A stretch of 64,000 nucleotides of DNA from an uncultured Desulfobacteraceae bacterium (GCA_937982505.1 CALJLV010000066.1:4819-68818); one strand, 5' to 3'. Numbered from the stretch's first letter, positions 35,101-43,324 are shown. Numbers and translations: made by a program. The notes: generated from the letters alone by a model not told the origin.

Positions 35101-38100
35101 GCCGGCCGCGGCGCCGTTGGAGACCCCGCCGGCGCCCGTGGGCGAAGGGGATCCCGGCTTCCAGGCCTTTCTGGCCCAAAATTCGGACCGGGTGCGGCTG
35201 CTGCTGGAGGCCGAGTATGAACGTCATCGGCGGGAGCAGGCCCTCACCGATCTGGAGCGCTTCGGCTTCTGCGGCCAGCCCATCGTCATCGCCGGGGCCT
35301 CGGTGGGCCTTCCGGGCACGGGCAACAAGGTCTTCAACGACAACAACTTCGACAAGCTGCTGGCCGGCCGCAACTTCATCGAACCGCTGACCCGGGACGA
35401 AAAGGAGCGCATCCTGGACATGAACATCACCCGGGTCTTCAAGGAGGCCGACGGGTCGGCGCGCCTGGTGAACATCACGCGCATCGAGGAGGTGATCCAG
35501 CTCGCCGGCAAGCTGGGCTACTTCAACCTCAAGAGCGAGTACGGCATCGAGGCCGACTACGACATCACCATCGCCCTGTCGATCGCCGCCGGCATCGAGG
35601 CCCTCCACGACGCCCGCATCCCGCTGGTGCAGCAGTTCCGCGACACCTCCTCGGGAGCCCAGATCCCCGACGGCTACGGGCTTCCGGCCGAGATGCAGGG
35701 CACCACCGGGGTGATCCTCACCAGCCTCTTTCCCGGCTTCGAGACCCTCATCGACCAGATGAACAACTATTACTACAACAAGTTCTACGTCAAACCGTAC
35801 AAGGACCTGGAGAAGATCTACTACCACCTCATGGAGAGCGTGCGCGACGAGGAGATCAAGGAGCAGATCACCGACTGGTTCTTCAAGATCAAGGAGCGGC
35901 GCAAGCGCTACGGCAACTACAAGTTCAACCGCAACCTGCTCTTCGACGTGGTCCCCCTGGGATCGGCCCACTTCGCCCAGCTGATCCGGGCCAAGGGGCC
36001 CAACATGCAGATGAGCGGGGCCTGCGCCTCCACCACCCAGGCCATCGGCGTGGCCGAGGACTGGATCCGCACCGGCCGCTGCGAGCGGGTGGTCATCATC
36101 GGCGGCGAGGCGGCCACCAGCCCGGTGCAAAGCCCCTGGATCGCCTCGGGTTTCCTCGCCATGGGGGCGGCCACGGTGAAGAACGTGGTGGAGGAGGCGG
36201 CCAAGCCTTTCGACGCCGAAAGAAACGGGACCATCCTGGGCAGCGGGGCGGTGGGCCTGGTGGTGGAGCGGGCCGACACGGTGGCGGCCCGGGGCCTGGC
36301 CGGCCAGGCCGAGATCCTGGGCACCCGCATCGGCAACAGCGCCTACCACGGCACGCGCATCGACGTGGCCCATGTGGCCGGCGAGATGCAGCGTTTCGTG
36401 GCGGATGTCGAGCGGCGCCACGGCCTGCGCCCGGCCGACTACGCCCCGCAAATGGTGTTCATGAGCCACGAGACCTTCACCCCGGCCCGGGGCGGCAGCG
36501 CCGAGGCCGAGGTCGAGGCCCTGCGCCGGACCTTCCCGGACGATTACCGGCAGATCGTCATCACCAACACCAAGGGCTTCACCGGCCACACTCTGGGGGC
36601 GGCCATCGAGGATGCCGTCCTGGTCAAGGCCCTGCAGCAGCGCCGGGTGCCGCCCATCGCCAACCTGAACCGGGTGCCCGAGGCCTTCGCCGACCTGAAG
36701 TTTTCCACCGGCCAGACCGGCGACTTCCAATACGGACTGCATTTTTCCGCCGGCTTCGGCTCCCACTTCGCCTTCCTGATGCTGCGGCGCATCGAGGAGA
36801 AGGCCGCCGCCGGCAACCCGGTCTACACTCGGTGGCTGCGACGGGTCACCGGGCTGCCAGACCCGGTGCCGGTGGTCTCCAACCACACCCTGGTGGTGGA
36901 AGGCGGGCCGCCGCCGCCCGCCCGCCCGCGGCCGGCGGCCGAAGCGGCCCCGGCGAAGGCGGAACCGGCGCCTGCGGCGCCATCCAGGGCCGCCGCAGCG
37001 CAAGCCCCGCCCACTGCGCCGGAGGCCGGCCAGGACGTGGTGGCGGCGGTGCAGCGGATCATCGCCGAGCAGACCGGATATACGGTGGACATGCTGGATG
37101 CCGGCCTGGACCTGGAGGCGGACCTGGGCATCGACACGGTCAAGCAGGTGGAGACCTTCGGCCGCATCAGCCGGCACTTCGAGCTGGCGGTGCCCGAAGA
37201 CCTGCGCCTAGCCGAGTTGAACACCATCGACAAGATCGCCGGCTACATCCGGTTGCAGCTGGGCGGTGCCGCGGCGGTGCCGGCTGAAGGGGAGACGGCC
37301 GTCGCGGTGGCTGCCGAGGATGCCGTGCAAAGTGAAGCGGCGCCGGTCGATGGCGGCACCCCGGCGGTTTTGCGCTTCGAACCCCGGGTGACAGTACTGG
37401 AAGATCTCCCGCCGACGGTGGCGGGAGCCCTCGCCGATCGCAAGCTGCTGGTCACCTGCGACCGTCATGGCCTCTGGCAGCGGGTGGCGACCCGGCTGGG
37501 GCAGGCCGGCGCCCGCCTCGTGACCCTGGGGCAGGGGGGAGCCCTCGATTACGGCTGCGATTTTCTCGATGCGGCGGAAACCGCCGCGGTCGTCGACCGG
37601 GCGCTGGCGGATCATCCCGACCTCAACGGGTTGGTGCACCTCATGCCGGTGGACGCCTTCCTGGACGGCGGCAGCGGGGAGAGCGCGGCGGAAATCGCCG
37701 TGGCGGTCAAGTCGTTCTTTGCCGCCCTCCAGGTGCTCCAGCCGCGCCTGGTCGAAGACGGCCTGGTGGCCGCGGTGAGCTTCAACTCGGTGGTCTTCGC
37801 CTATGGGCGGGAGGACCGAGCGGTCTATCCGGCCTTTGCCGGCATGGCCGGTCTGCTCAAGACGGTGGCCCGGGAGATTCCCACGGCGCGGGTCAAGGTG
37901 GTGGACCTGGCGGCCGATGATGCGGCGGCGATCCTGGACCAAGCGGCCGAGGCCCTGGCGGTCGAAATGGGCGCTTCGGATCGGCGCGTGGAGGTCGGCT
38001 ACTCGAACGGCCGGCGCTTCGGTCTCTGCCTGCTGCCGGCGGCGCCGGCCGGCGACGGCGCGCTCATCGCCGACGGCGACACGCTGCTGGTCACCGGCGG

Positions 38101-39835
38101 GGCCCGGGGGATCGCCTGCGCCATTCTCCAGCGCCTGGCGGAGCGCTGGCGCGGCGAACTGTCGATTTTCGGGCGCAGCGAGATCGGGCCGGAAGATCCG
38201 GAGCTGGCGGCGGCCGGGGACGAGGCGGCGATGATTTCCATCCTGCGCCGGCGCCATCCGGAGGCCAAGCCGGTGGACCTCAGGCGCCTGGCGGCCATGG
38301 GGCTGGCGGCCCGGCAGTCCCGGGACAACCTGGAGAAACTGCGCCAGGCCGGGGTCCGGGTGCGCTACCGGACCGTGGACGTCACCGACGCCGAAGCGGT
38401 GGCCAAGGCCCTGGAGGACGAGCCGAAGATCGACGTCCTGATCCATGCCGCCGGCCTGGAGGAGAGCCAGCCGCTGGCCAAAAAGAGCTTGTCTCAATTT
38501 ACCCGGGTTTTCGACACCAAGGCGGCCGGGATGAAGCATTTGCTCCAGGCGCTGGAGAATCACCGCCTGCGCAGCGTCATCGGTTTTTCCTCGGTCACCG
38601 CTCGCCTGGGCAACGCCGGCCAGGCCGACTACACCGCGGCCAACGACATGCTGGGGCGCATGCTCCAGCGTTTTCAGCAACATCACCCGGAAACCGTCTG
38701 CAAGGCCCTGGCCTGGACCGCCTGGGACGGCGCCGGCATGGCCGCCCGCGAAACGGTGCGCCGGGTGCTCTCCGAGCGAGGGCTGACGTTTCTGCCCCTG
38801 GCCCGGGGGGTGGCCTTCTTCATCGACGAGCTGGCGGACGCGACAGCGCCCGAAGCGGTCTTCACCGGCCTGGACCGGACCATGGACCCCGACGGCCTGC
38901 TGGACGGGCCGGCGCCCTTCATCGACCGCCAGGTGAGACGGACCGCCCGGGAAGCGGTCTTCCAGCGCACCCTGGAGTTGAATCGTGACCGCTTCCTGGA
39001 CGATCACACCCGGGCCGGGGTGCCGATTTTTCTCGGGGCCACGGGCATCGAGGCCATGGCCGAGGCAGCGGTGCTGCACGACGGCCGGGGCCGGGTGGCG
39101 GTGGCGCTGAGCGATTTTCACATCCCTTACGGGATCAAGCTGCTCAAGGGGCGGCCCAAACCCATCGAGATCAGCGCCTGCCAAGATGGGGACAATGCTT
39201 ACCGCTGCGCCATCGATTCCTACTTCGTGGATCCTACCGGCCGCCGCACGGGGGAGGCCAAGCGGCACTTCGAGGGCCGTTTCGAGCTGGCCGAGCGCTG
39301 GCCCCGGGCGCCGCGGGTCCAATGGCCCGATCTGCCACGGCCGGCGGCCCCCGAGGACGTCCAGGCCCTGCTCTACCATCCCCGGCGTCTGTTCATGGAC
39401 GGGCTCTTTCGCACCGTCACCGCCGCGGACGGCTTCGACGGCCAGCGCCTGCTGGTGCGCATCGCCCACCCCGGGCCGCGCGAGTTTTTCGCCGGCGTGA
39501 GCGCGCCGCGCTTCGCCACCGACGTTCAGCTCATCGACGCCATGTTCCAGACCGGCGGCATGCTCGAGGTGCTCACCAGCGGGGACATCGTGCTGCCGTA
39601 CAACATCGGCCGCCTGCGCTGGTACGGCCCCCCCCGGCGCGGCGTGACCTATCGCTGCCTCACCGAGCGGATCGGCAGCGGGGAAAAAACGATCACCTAC
39701 CGGCTGACCCTGGCCGGTGAAGACGATCGGGCCGTGGTGGCGATCGAGGGCTTCGAGATGGTCAAGGTGGACCGACTGCGGCCCGAGGACCGCATCGCCG
39801 AGCGGCTGGTGGGGGATTTACTCAAGGCATCCTGA
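29129..39835 (+). CDS. Single-polypeptide PUFA-synthase/type I PKS-like megasynthase. Domain order: ER-like (degenerate) - ER (NMO/PfaD-like) - KS - KS-like (His-less) - AT - KS - ACP - KR - DH
   Basis: ATG at 29129 with an AGGAG RBS. ER: YPIVQGPMANVS and GAEAGGH. KS1: DAACATS, EAHGTGT, IGHLLGGAG. KS-like: DASCAS without the two His. AT: GHSLGE, AFHTP. KS3: GACAST, SHETFTP, FTGHTLGAA. ACP: DLGIDTVKQVE. KR: VTGGARGIA ... YTAAN. DH: LDDHTRAGVPIFLGATG and DAMFQTGG. Confidence 0.9.
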   Translation: MFIRLIPAKFPLMVYNPPAVSAVDYLSAVHRAGALPVLDTEFLDTASVLAAVAELSGRRVVFGMRLMAHQRDLLARMRQASPKGLDTVVLAYRRPEELKDLDLAASPWHRLIEVRDLELETLLRPLHPHGLVVRGHEAPGRVAAVSSFILMQAYLGAGGWPVVVHGGVGWFTAAGLLAAGASGLVLDDQLYLCTESPLAPGFKARMARLEEKDTVIVDTGSEGPCRVFAQLGTRVVKELKAMEAEAAENPEAAARLQEALIAQITPLDDPAADPAQSLFPLGQDAVLAKYFAGRGEDLQQVIENFLIDTGARLADIDDHDPLAADSPLARCHGTRYPIVQGPMANVSDKGAFARAVLEAGALPFLAMGSLPPHLSEAMLANETEGLARFGAGLIGIEALNHGLPEHLEQVRRHRVPFALIAGGVPAQVRALEADGIATYLHTPSLAMLENAIAGGCRRFVFEGAEAGGHVGHLSSLVLWELATARLSAQTDAVLAEQTLIFAGGIGTAFGSHFVSGLASHLSRRGAKIGIQVGSAYLFTEEIVATGAITALYQKVVCDERCTLVMGRTVGLAARTVPTPFSRRIVAEEYRRLREKMPLTARKEAFERDNIGALLIGAKAFCPDFERLGKAAGEACLTYFEEEDQYQRGNFMVGEALAFAAAPYAIADLHARLMGGKQDLADRLNRLELATAPDGQLNDEIAVVGMGCILPEAADPGSLWRLILDRRGAIGPMPAERLDPDLYHDPDRSAPDKSYSRIAGVVDDFGFDGDRFGYTPEKAARLSRSQQMVLQAAYQAVADAGLLDAEDHLFQALRARTSVIVGSCLGNELSSALHLKYALPEIRALLEQVDAFRDLSPDERQALVDALRQGLSNGSPYEPVHGVALNMEAARIAHHLGATGRSYAVDAACATSLAALDCGVKELATGLCDLAVVGGVNTNLAPESFVGFCKMGALSATGSFPFDERADGFVLGEGAAVVVLKRFRDARRDGDRIYGIIRAVGSGSDGKGKAIAAPSAKGQAMTLKRCLEGARRPVDPADVGFIEAHGTGTRMGDLVELETLKKVYGGEKPTGISSIKSQIGHLLGGAGMAGLIKALLALTHRTLPPNGGFQRLGAKHDLSGSGLFIVADAAPWEAPDGKPRLAAVSAYGFGGINYHLVVAEDSAAARPLPRRIFADPGFDPDEGRIVVCGLGTVLPGAADVDGFWQRLGQGAPRLRPMPAERFDNRAYAAEPADSPAHIPMVSAGIVDDYRFDHARFRIPPAAARFIDRAQQFALDAAGQAIAAAGLDPRLETGNRVAVILGTLAGEKYVENILRTRIPLLERLIRQADGVDPRAAAAIAAQLAERMRSRYLPNTEDTIPGLLSNIVSARASKHFGLNGANFTVDASCASATVAVDLAIRGLQTGDYEAAIAGGVDCNLLPGTLLAFKRLGLISDGECRIFDHQAKGYVMSEGAAVLVLATLGYARRHDLPVLAEISAMGFDASAPAHLLSPSPEAYSEAMRRCYNQVPVLPADVAHLDVFGVANPFFDALEAHAAAQIFPRPVGFGNVKTEFGYFKAANPAVVLAKLALMASRRRLLPFFGHRPETTIVEKDAVLVARRQIEDIPPGRPIHLAANVNGIGGNHGHVLVSTLPAHLAPATQSVAHPPDSVAVGAWQPVENGLAILFSGQGAQYPGMMADIYRARPEVRAAMDRGETIFAARRGRSLLEMMFDPRGAEALNRTETTQPAVFLAGAALWDLLAARGLRPDYLVGHSLGEITALYAAGALAFEDAMALVIERGRLMQLAAERHPGKIMVVFEDAAQVAERIRAAGVADVRVTNKNSRRQTAVCGPREAMEAFGRYLKTQGVVGKVLPLSGAFHTPLMAEAATGLEQFLAGIALRPQGLARVVANATGTPYPEDPAAAKTLLVRQIVSPVEFVASVEGLHRAGCRALVEVGPGRLLANLVKDIPLEAVDSWPLIDPKAGAAASLAKALERLAREDRIRPLPAAAAPAPAAAPLETPPAPVGEGDPGFQAFLAQNSDRVRLLLEAEYERHRREQALTDLERFGFCGQPIVIAGASVGLPGTGNKVFNDNNFDKLLAGRNFIEPLTRDEKERILDMNITRVFKEADGSARLVNITRIEEVIQLAGKLGYFNLKSEYGIEADYDITIALSIAAGIEALHDARIPLVQQFRDTSSGAQIPDGYGLPAEMQGTTGVILTSLFPGFETLIDQMNNYYYNKFYVKPYKDLEKIYYHLMESVRDEEIKEQITDWFFKIKERRKRYGNYKFNRNLLFDVVPLGSAHFAQLIRAKGPNMQMSGACASTTQAIGVAEDWIRTGRCERVVIIGGEAATSPVQSPWIASGFLAMGAATVKNVVEEAAKPFDAERNGTILGSGAVGLVVERADTVAARGLAGQAEILGTRIGNSAYHGTRIDVAHVAGEMQRFVADVERRHGLRPADYAPQMVFMSHETFTPARGGSAEAEVEALRRTFPDDYRQIVITNTKGFTGHTLGAAIEDAVLVKALQQRRVPPIANLNRVPEAFADLKFSTGQTGDFQYGLHFSAGFGSHFAFLMLRRIEEKAAAGNPVYTRWLRRVTGLPDPVPVVSNHTLVVEGGPPPPARPRPAAEAAPAKAEPAPAAPSRAAAAQAPPTAPEAGQDVVAAVQRIIAEQTGYTVDMLDAGLDLEADLGIDTVKQVETFGRISRHFELAVPEDLRLAELNTIDKIAGYIRLQLGGAAAVPAEGETAVAVAAEDAVQSEAAPVDGGTPAVLRFEPRVTVLEDLPPTVAGALADRKLLVTCDRHGLWQRVATRLGQAGARLVTLGQGGALDYGCDFLDAAETAAVVDRALADHPDLNGLVHLMPVDAFLDGGSGESAAEIAVAVKSFFAALQVLQPRLVEDGLVAAVSFNSVVFAYGREDRAVYPAFAGMAGLLKTVAREIPTARVKVVDLAADDAAAILDQAAEALAVEMGASDRRVEVGYSNGRRFGLCLLPAAPAGDGALIADGDTLLVTGGARGIACAILQRLAERWRGELSIFGRSEIGPEDPELAAAGDEAAMISILRRRHPEAKPVDLRRLAAMGLAARQSRDNLEKLRQAGVRVRYRTVDVTDAEAVAKALEDEPKIDVLIHAAGLEESQPLAKKSLSQFTRVFDTKAAGMKHLLQALENHRLRSVIGFSSVTARLGNAGQADYTAANDMLGRMLQRFQQHHPETVCKALAWTAWDGAGMAARETVRRVLSERGLTFLPLARGVAFFIDELADATAPEAVFTGLDRTMDPDGLLDGPAPFIDRQVRRTAREAVFQRTLELNRDRFLDDHTRAGVPIFLGATGIEAMAEAAVLHDGRGRVAVALSDFHIPYGIKLLKGRPKPIEISACQDGDNAYRCAIDSYFVDPTGRRTGEAKRHFEGRFELAERWPRAPRVQWPDLPRPAAPEDVQALLYHPRRLFMDGLFRTVTAADGFDGQRLLVRIAHPGPREFFAGVSAPRFATDVQLIDAMFQTGGMLEVLTSGDIVLPYNIGRLRWYGPPRRGVTYRCLTERIGSGEKTITYRLTLAGEDDRAVVAIEGFEMVKVDRLRPEDRIAERLVGDLLKAS

Positions 39836-39868
39836 AGATGATCGAACATCTATCCACAGTCGGCCGGA

Positions 39869-39896
39869 TTGTCAAAACCGCGATGATGGGATAATT
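39869..39896 (+). promoter_or_regulatory. Sigma-70-like promoter candidate upstream of the TAXI/histidine kinase pair
   Basis: TTGTCA (39869-74), a 16-nt spacer, then ATAATT (39891-96). Confidence 0.35.
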
Positions 39897-39987
39897 GGAT
39901 GGACGCAACAATCGCGATGACCGTGATGCGCCAGACGCCATTGCCGGTTTTGGATCCAGGGCCTGGCGGGCGGCGGGAGAAACCGAG

Positions 39988-41088
39988 ATGGATGCGATGC
40001 GCAACGATGATGCGGCCGAAGCCACCTCCCGTGGCGCTATCAGCCCCCGGCACCGCCCGACGGCCGTTTGCCGGACGCTCGCGGCCATCGAAAAGCGGCT
40101 GCACCCGGCCCTGCTGGCAGCGCTGTTTCTGCTTTTCACGGCCGCCGACGCCCAGGCCAACCCGCCGCTGCGGCTGTTTCGCATCGGCACGGGCGGCGCC
40201 ACCGGCGTCTATTATCCCGTGGGCAAGCTCATTGCCTTGGGCTTGACTGGAGACCAGGCCGCCGGCGGGGCCCATTTTGAAGAGAATCGCGGAATTCCCG
40301 GATACATCGGGGTGGCGCAACACTCGGCCGGCTCTGTGGAAAACGTGCGCGCCGTTATCCGGGGCGACATCGAGGCCGGACTGGTCCAGGCCGACGTGGC
40401 GGCGATGGCCAGCAGGGGCGAGCAGCACTTCCGCCTTGAACCCGCCCCATCCCTGCGCGCCATTGCCAGCCTCTATCCGGAAAAGCTGCAAATCGTCACC
40501 CGCGCCGACGCCGCCATCGGCCGCATCCAGGATTTCAAGGGAAAGCGCATCTCCATCGATGAGCCCGGGTCCGGCACCCTGGCGGTGATGCAGATCGTTT
40601 TGGCCGCCCACGGACTGCACGAGACCGATTTTTCGGCGGTCTACCTCAAGCCCGTCTTCACGCTCGAGAAAATGATCCGCGGCGACTTGGACGGGTTTAC
40701 CATGATGGCCGGCGTTCCCATGGCGGCAGTGTCCCAGCTGGCCCCGGTCGAGCTGTTCATGGTGCCCGTCGACCCGGAAGCGGCCGCGCGGATCCACGCC
40801 CAAACCGCCTATCTGGTTCCCGGCACCATCCCGAAGGGGGTTTACCCGGGCGTTGGCGACACACCGACCCTTGAAGTCTATGCCCTGATGGTGGTCGCCG
40901 CATCCTGCGACCCGGAGCTGGTGTACCGGGCGACCCGATGTCTGTGGAGCGCGCGCACCGCCAGATTGCTCGAGCAGGGTCACCCCCAGGGGGCGGTCAT
41001 TACCCTGGACAACGCCCTGAAAGGTATTTCGATTCCCCTGCACGAAGGCGCCGAACGCTTTTACCGCGAAAATGGGCGGCTGCCCTAG
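39988..41088 (+). CDS. TAXI-family TRAP-type periplasmic solute-binding protein
   Basis: RIGTGGATGVYYPVGKLIA, plus GKRISIDEPGSGT and EGAERFYRE, are typical of TAXI receptors. The start at 39988 was chosen because the promoter candidate overlaps the longer ORF start at 39895. Confidence 0.75.
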   Translation: MDAMRNDDAAEATSRGAISPRHRPTAVCRTLAAIEKRLHPALLAALFLLFTAADAQANPPLRLFRIGTGGATGVYYPVGKLIALGLTGDQAAGGAHFEENRGIPGYIGVAQHSAGSVENVRAVIRGDIEAGLVQADVAAMASRGEQHFRLEPAPSLRAIASLYPEKLQIVTRADAAIGRIQDFKGKRISIDEPGSGTLAVMQIVLAAHGLHETDFSAVYLKPVFTLEKMIRGDLDGFTMMAGVPMAAVSQLAPVELFMVPVDPEAAARIHAQTAYLVPGTIPKGVYPGVGDTPTLEVYALMVVAASCDPELVYRATRCLWSARTARLLEQGHPQGAVITLDNALKGISIPLHEGAERFYRENGRLP

Positions 41089-41104
41089 AAGCGGCCGAAA
41101 GGCG

Positions 41105-43324
41105 ATGAAACGGTCCGTCCCGCTGCTGCAGTTTTTCCCCTGGATCGGCATGATCCTGGTGGTCGCCGTGGTGGCGGCCACCGGCATTTGGACCAATGTC
41201 GCCCTGCGGTTGCTGGAAAAAGATATTCCCGACAACCTCCTGCAGGAGCTCAACGACCTGTCCATCTCCCTGGGGCATCTTTCCCAGGCGGCGGCGCTGG
41301 CGGAGGTGGCCCGGGTTTCGTCGAACGCCCGCCAACTGGAAAATCTCCGGCGCCAGATCGAAGTGGTCTACGCCAGCGTCCTGAACCTGCGCGAATCCTA
41401 TGTCTTTGACAACATGATCCAGGCATCGGCCTTTCACGCCGCCGTCGCGCCGGCCATCACCGATGTGCAGGGCTGGCTTGCCAAAGGCATTTCGGGATAC
41501 GACCCGGAATCGGAAACCACCGTTGCCATCGTCCATGCGCGCATCGGCGAAGCCGCCACCAAGGCCCGGACCCTGTATCGACAATCCTTTGAAACCGCCC
41601 GGGACATCCTCCATCGGCAGCGCATCCGTCTCGAACATTTCCTGTTCGTCGTCAACCTGATGTTCATCCTCACCATCACGATCACGGTGCTGCTGGTGGC
41701 CCTGATGATCCACCAGCAGCGGTTGCGCCGACGCGAGATGCAGCACCACGAAGCCCTCCGGGAGGCCCGCCAATCGCTTCAGCAGGGCGAGGAACTGCAG
41801 CGCCGGCTGGTGGCGGCCCTGCCCGATGGGGTGATTCGCACCGACCTGGACGGCACGATCCGATTCATCAACGACGTCGCGGTGACCTTGAGCGGCTACC
41901 GGAAATCCGAGCTTCTCGGAAAAAATATGCTGACCTTCATCGCCGAAACGGACCGGCAGCGGGCCGTGGAAAACGCCTTTCTGATGATGGCGCGCCCGCT
42001 GGGTCCCATCGCCTACAGTCTGGTGATGCAAAACGGAATGCCGCGGCGTTTCGAGGTCAACGGCGAAGTGCTGCGCAACCCGGACGGCACCGCTTTCGGC
42101 ATGGTCTATGTCTGCCGGGACATCAGCGACCGGGAACGTCTCATCGAAGAGCGCCGCCAACTTCAGGAACGGCTCCATCGCGCCGAGAAGATGGAAGCTC
42201 TAGGAACTCTGGCGGGCGGTGTGGCCCATGACCTGAACAACGTCCTGGGGGTGCTGGTGGGCTACTCGGAGCTGATGCTGATGGACATCGCCGAAAACGA
42301 TCCGCTGCGCAGGCATGTCACCCACATCCTCGATTCGGGGCAGCGGGGCGCGGCGATCATTCAGGATCTGTTGACCCTGGCCAGACGCGGAGTGGCCGTG
42401 GGAACCGTGGTGGATCTCAACGCCCTGGTGCGCCAAAGCCTCGAAACGCCTGAATTCCGCAAGTTGAAGACCACTTTCCCCCAGGTCGACATCCGCACCG
42501 AACTGGACCCGGAACTGCTCCATATCAAAGGATCACCGGTGCATTTGACCAAGACCGTCCTGAACCTGGTCCTCAACGCCGTGGAAGCCATCGAGGGAAC
42601 CGGACAGGTGACCATCGGCACCGAAAACCGCTATCTGGATCGTCCCGTGGGCGGTTACGACGCCATGAAGGAAGGCGACTACGTGGTGCTCAAGGTCAGC
42701 GACAGCGGCCAGGGCATCGCCGAGAAGGATCTGGCCAAGATCTTCGAGCCCTTCTACACCAAGAAAGTCATGGGGCGCAGCGGCACCGGTCTCGGTCTGG
42801 CCGTGGTCTGGGGAACCGTCAAGGACCATGACGGCGGTGTGGACGTGCAAAGCCGCATCGGCGGCGGGACCACCTTCACCCTCTATTTCCCGGCCACCCG
42901 GGAAACAATCCCCCGGCCTGAAGCACCGATTCCGGCCGAGACTTACGCCGGCAGAAGAGAATCGATCCTCGTGGTGGATGATGTCGTCTCCCAGCGGGAG
43001 CTGGCCCGACAGATGCTGGAAAAAATCGGCTACCGGGTCGAAACCGCTCCCGGCGGGCAGGAGGCGGTGGATCTGCTTGCCGCCGGCCGGAGATTTGACC
43101 TCGTGATGCTGGACATGATCATGGATCCCGGCATCGACGGGCTGGAAACCTACCGGCGCCTCCACGGCCTCCGGCCCGACCAGAAGACCGTCATCGTCAG
43201 CGGTTTTTCCGAAAGCGACCGGGTCAAGGCAGCCCAGGCCCTGGGCGCCGGTCCCTACGTGCGCAAACCCTATCGGCTCGAACGCCTCGCAGCGGTGATC
43301 CGCCAGGTTCTCGACCAGGGTTGA
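41105..43324 (+). CDS. Hybrid sensor histidine kinase (2 TM periplasmic sensor, PAS, HisKA, HATPase, receiver)
   Basis: TM1 is IGMILVVAVVAATGIW and TM2 is LFVVNLMFILTITITVLLVAL. There is a PAS block, an H-box (GVAHDLNNVL) and a G-box (SGTGLGLAVV). The receiver is ILVVDD...DLVMLDMIMDPGIDG...VRKP. Confidence 0.85.
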   Translation: MKRSVPLLQFFPWIGMILVVAVVAATGIWTNVALRLLEKDIPDNLLQELNDLSISLGHLSQAAALAEVARVSSNARQLENLRRQIEVVYASVLNLRESYVFDNMIQASAFHAAVAPAITDVQGWLAKGISGYDPESETTVAIVHARIGEAATKARTLYRQSFETARDILHRQRIRLEHFLFVVNLMFILTITITVLLVALMIHQQRLRRREMQHHEALREARQSLQQGEELQRRLVAALPDGVIRTDLDGTIRFINDVAVTLSGYRKSELLGKNMLTFIAETDRQRAVENAFLMMARPLGPIAYSLVMQNGMPRRFEVNGEVLRNPDGTAFGMVYVCRDISDRERLIEERRQLQERLHRAEKMEALGTLAGGVAHDLNNVLGVLVGYSELMLMDIAENDPLRRHVTHILDSGQRGAAIIQDLLTLARRGVAVGTVVDLNALVRQSLETPEFRKLKTTFPQVDIRTELDPELLHIKGSPVHLTKTVLNLVLNAVEAIEGTGQVTIGTENRYLDRPVGGYDAMKEGDYVVLKVSDSGQGIAEKDLAKIFEPFYTKKVMGRSGTGLGLAVVWGTVKDHDGGVDVQSRIGGGTTFTLYFPATRETIPRPEAPIPAETYAGRRESILVVDDVVSQRELARQMLEKIGYRVETAPGGQEAVDLLAAGRRFDLVMLDMIMDPGIDGLETYRRLHGLRPDQKTVIVSGFSESDRVKAAQALGAGPYVRKPYRLERLAAVIRQVLDQG

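Noticed and set aside
33251-37177. 1308-aa ORF on the minus strand (and a 753-aa ORF at 37208..39469) lying inside the megasynthase gene
   Set aside because: Both are antisense to a gene with unmistakable KS/AT/ACP/KR/DH motifs. The translations are Arg/Gly/Pro/His-rich low-complexity sequence with no motifs. This is the typical long shadow ORF of high-GC DNA.
39895-39987. Longer start (39895) for the TAXI receptor gene
   Set aside because: That start would overlap the -10 of the best promoter candidate and adds a charged, non-signal-like leader. The start remains uncertain; 39988 is preferred.
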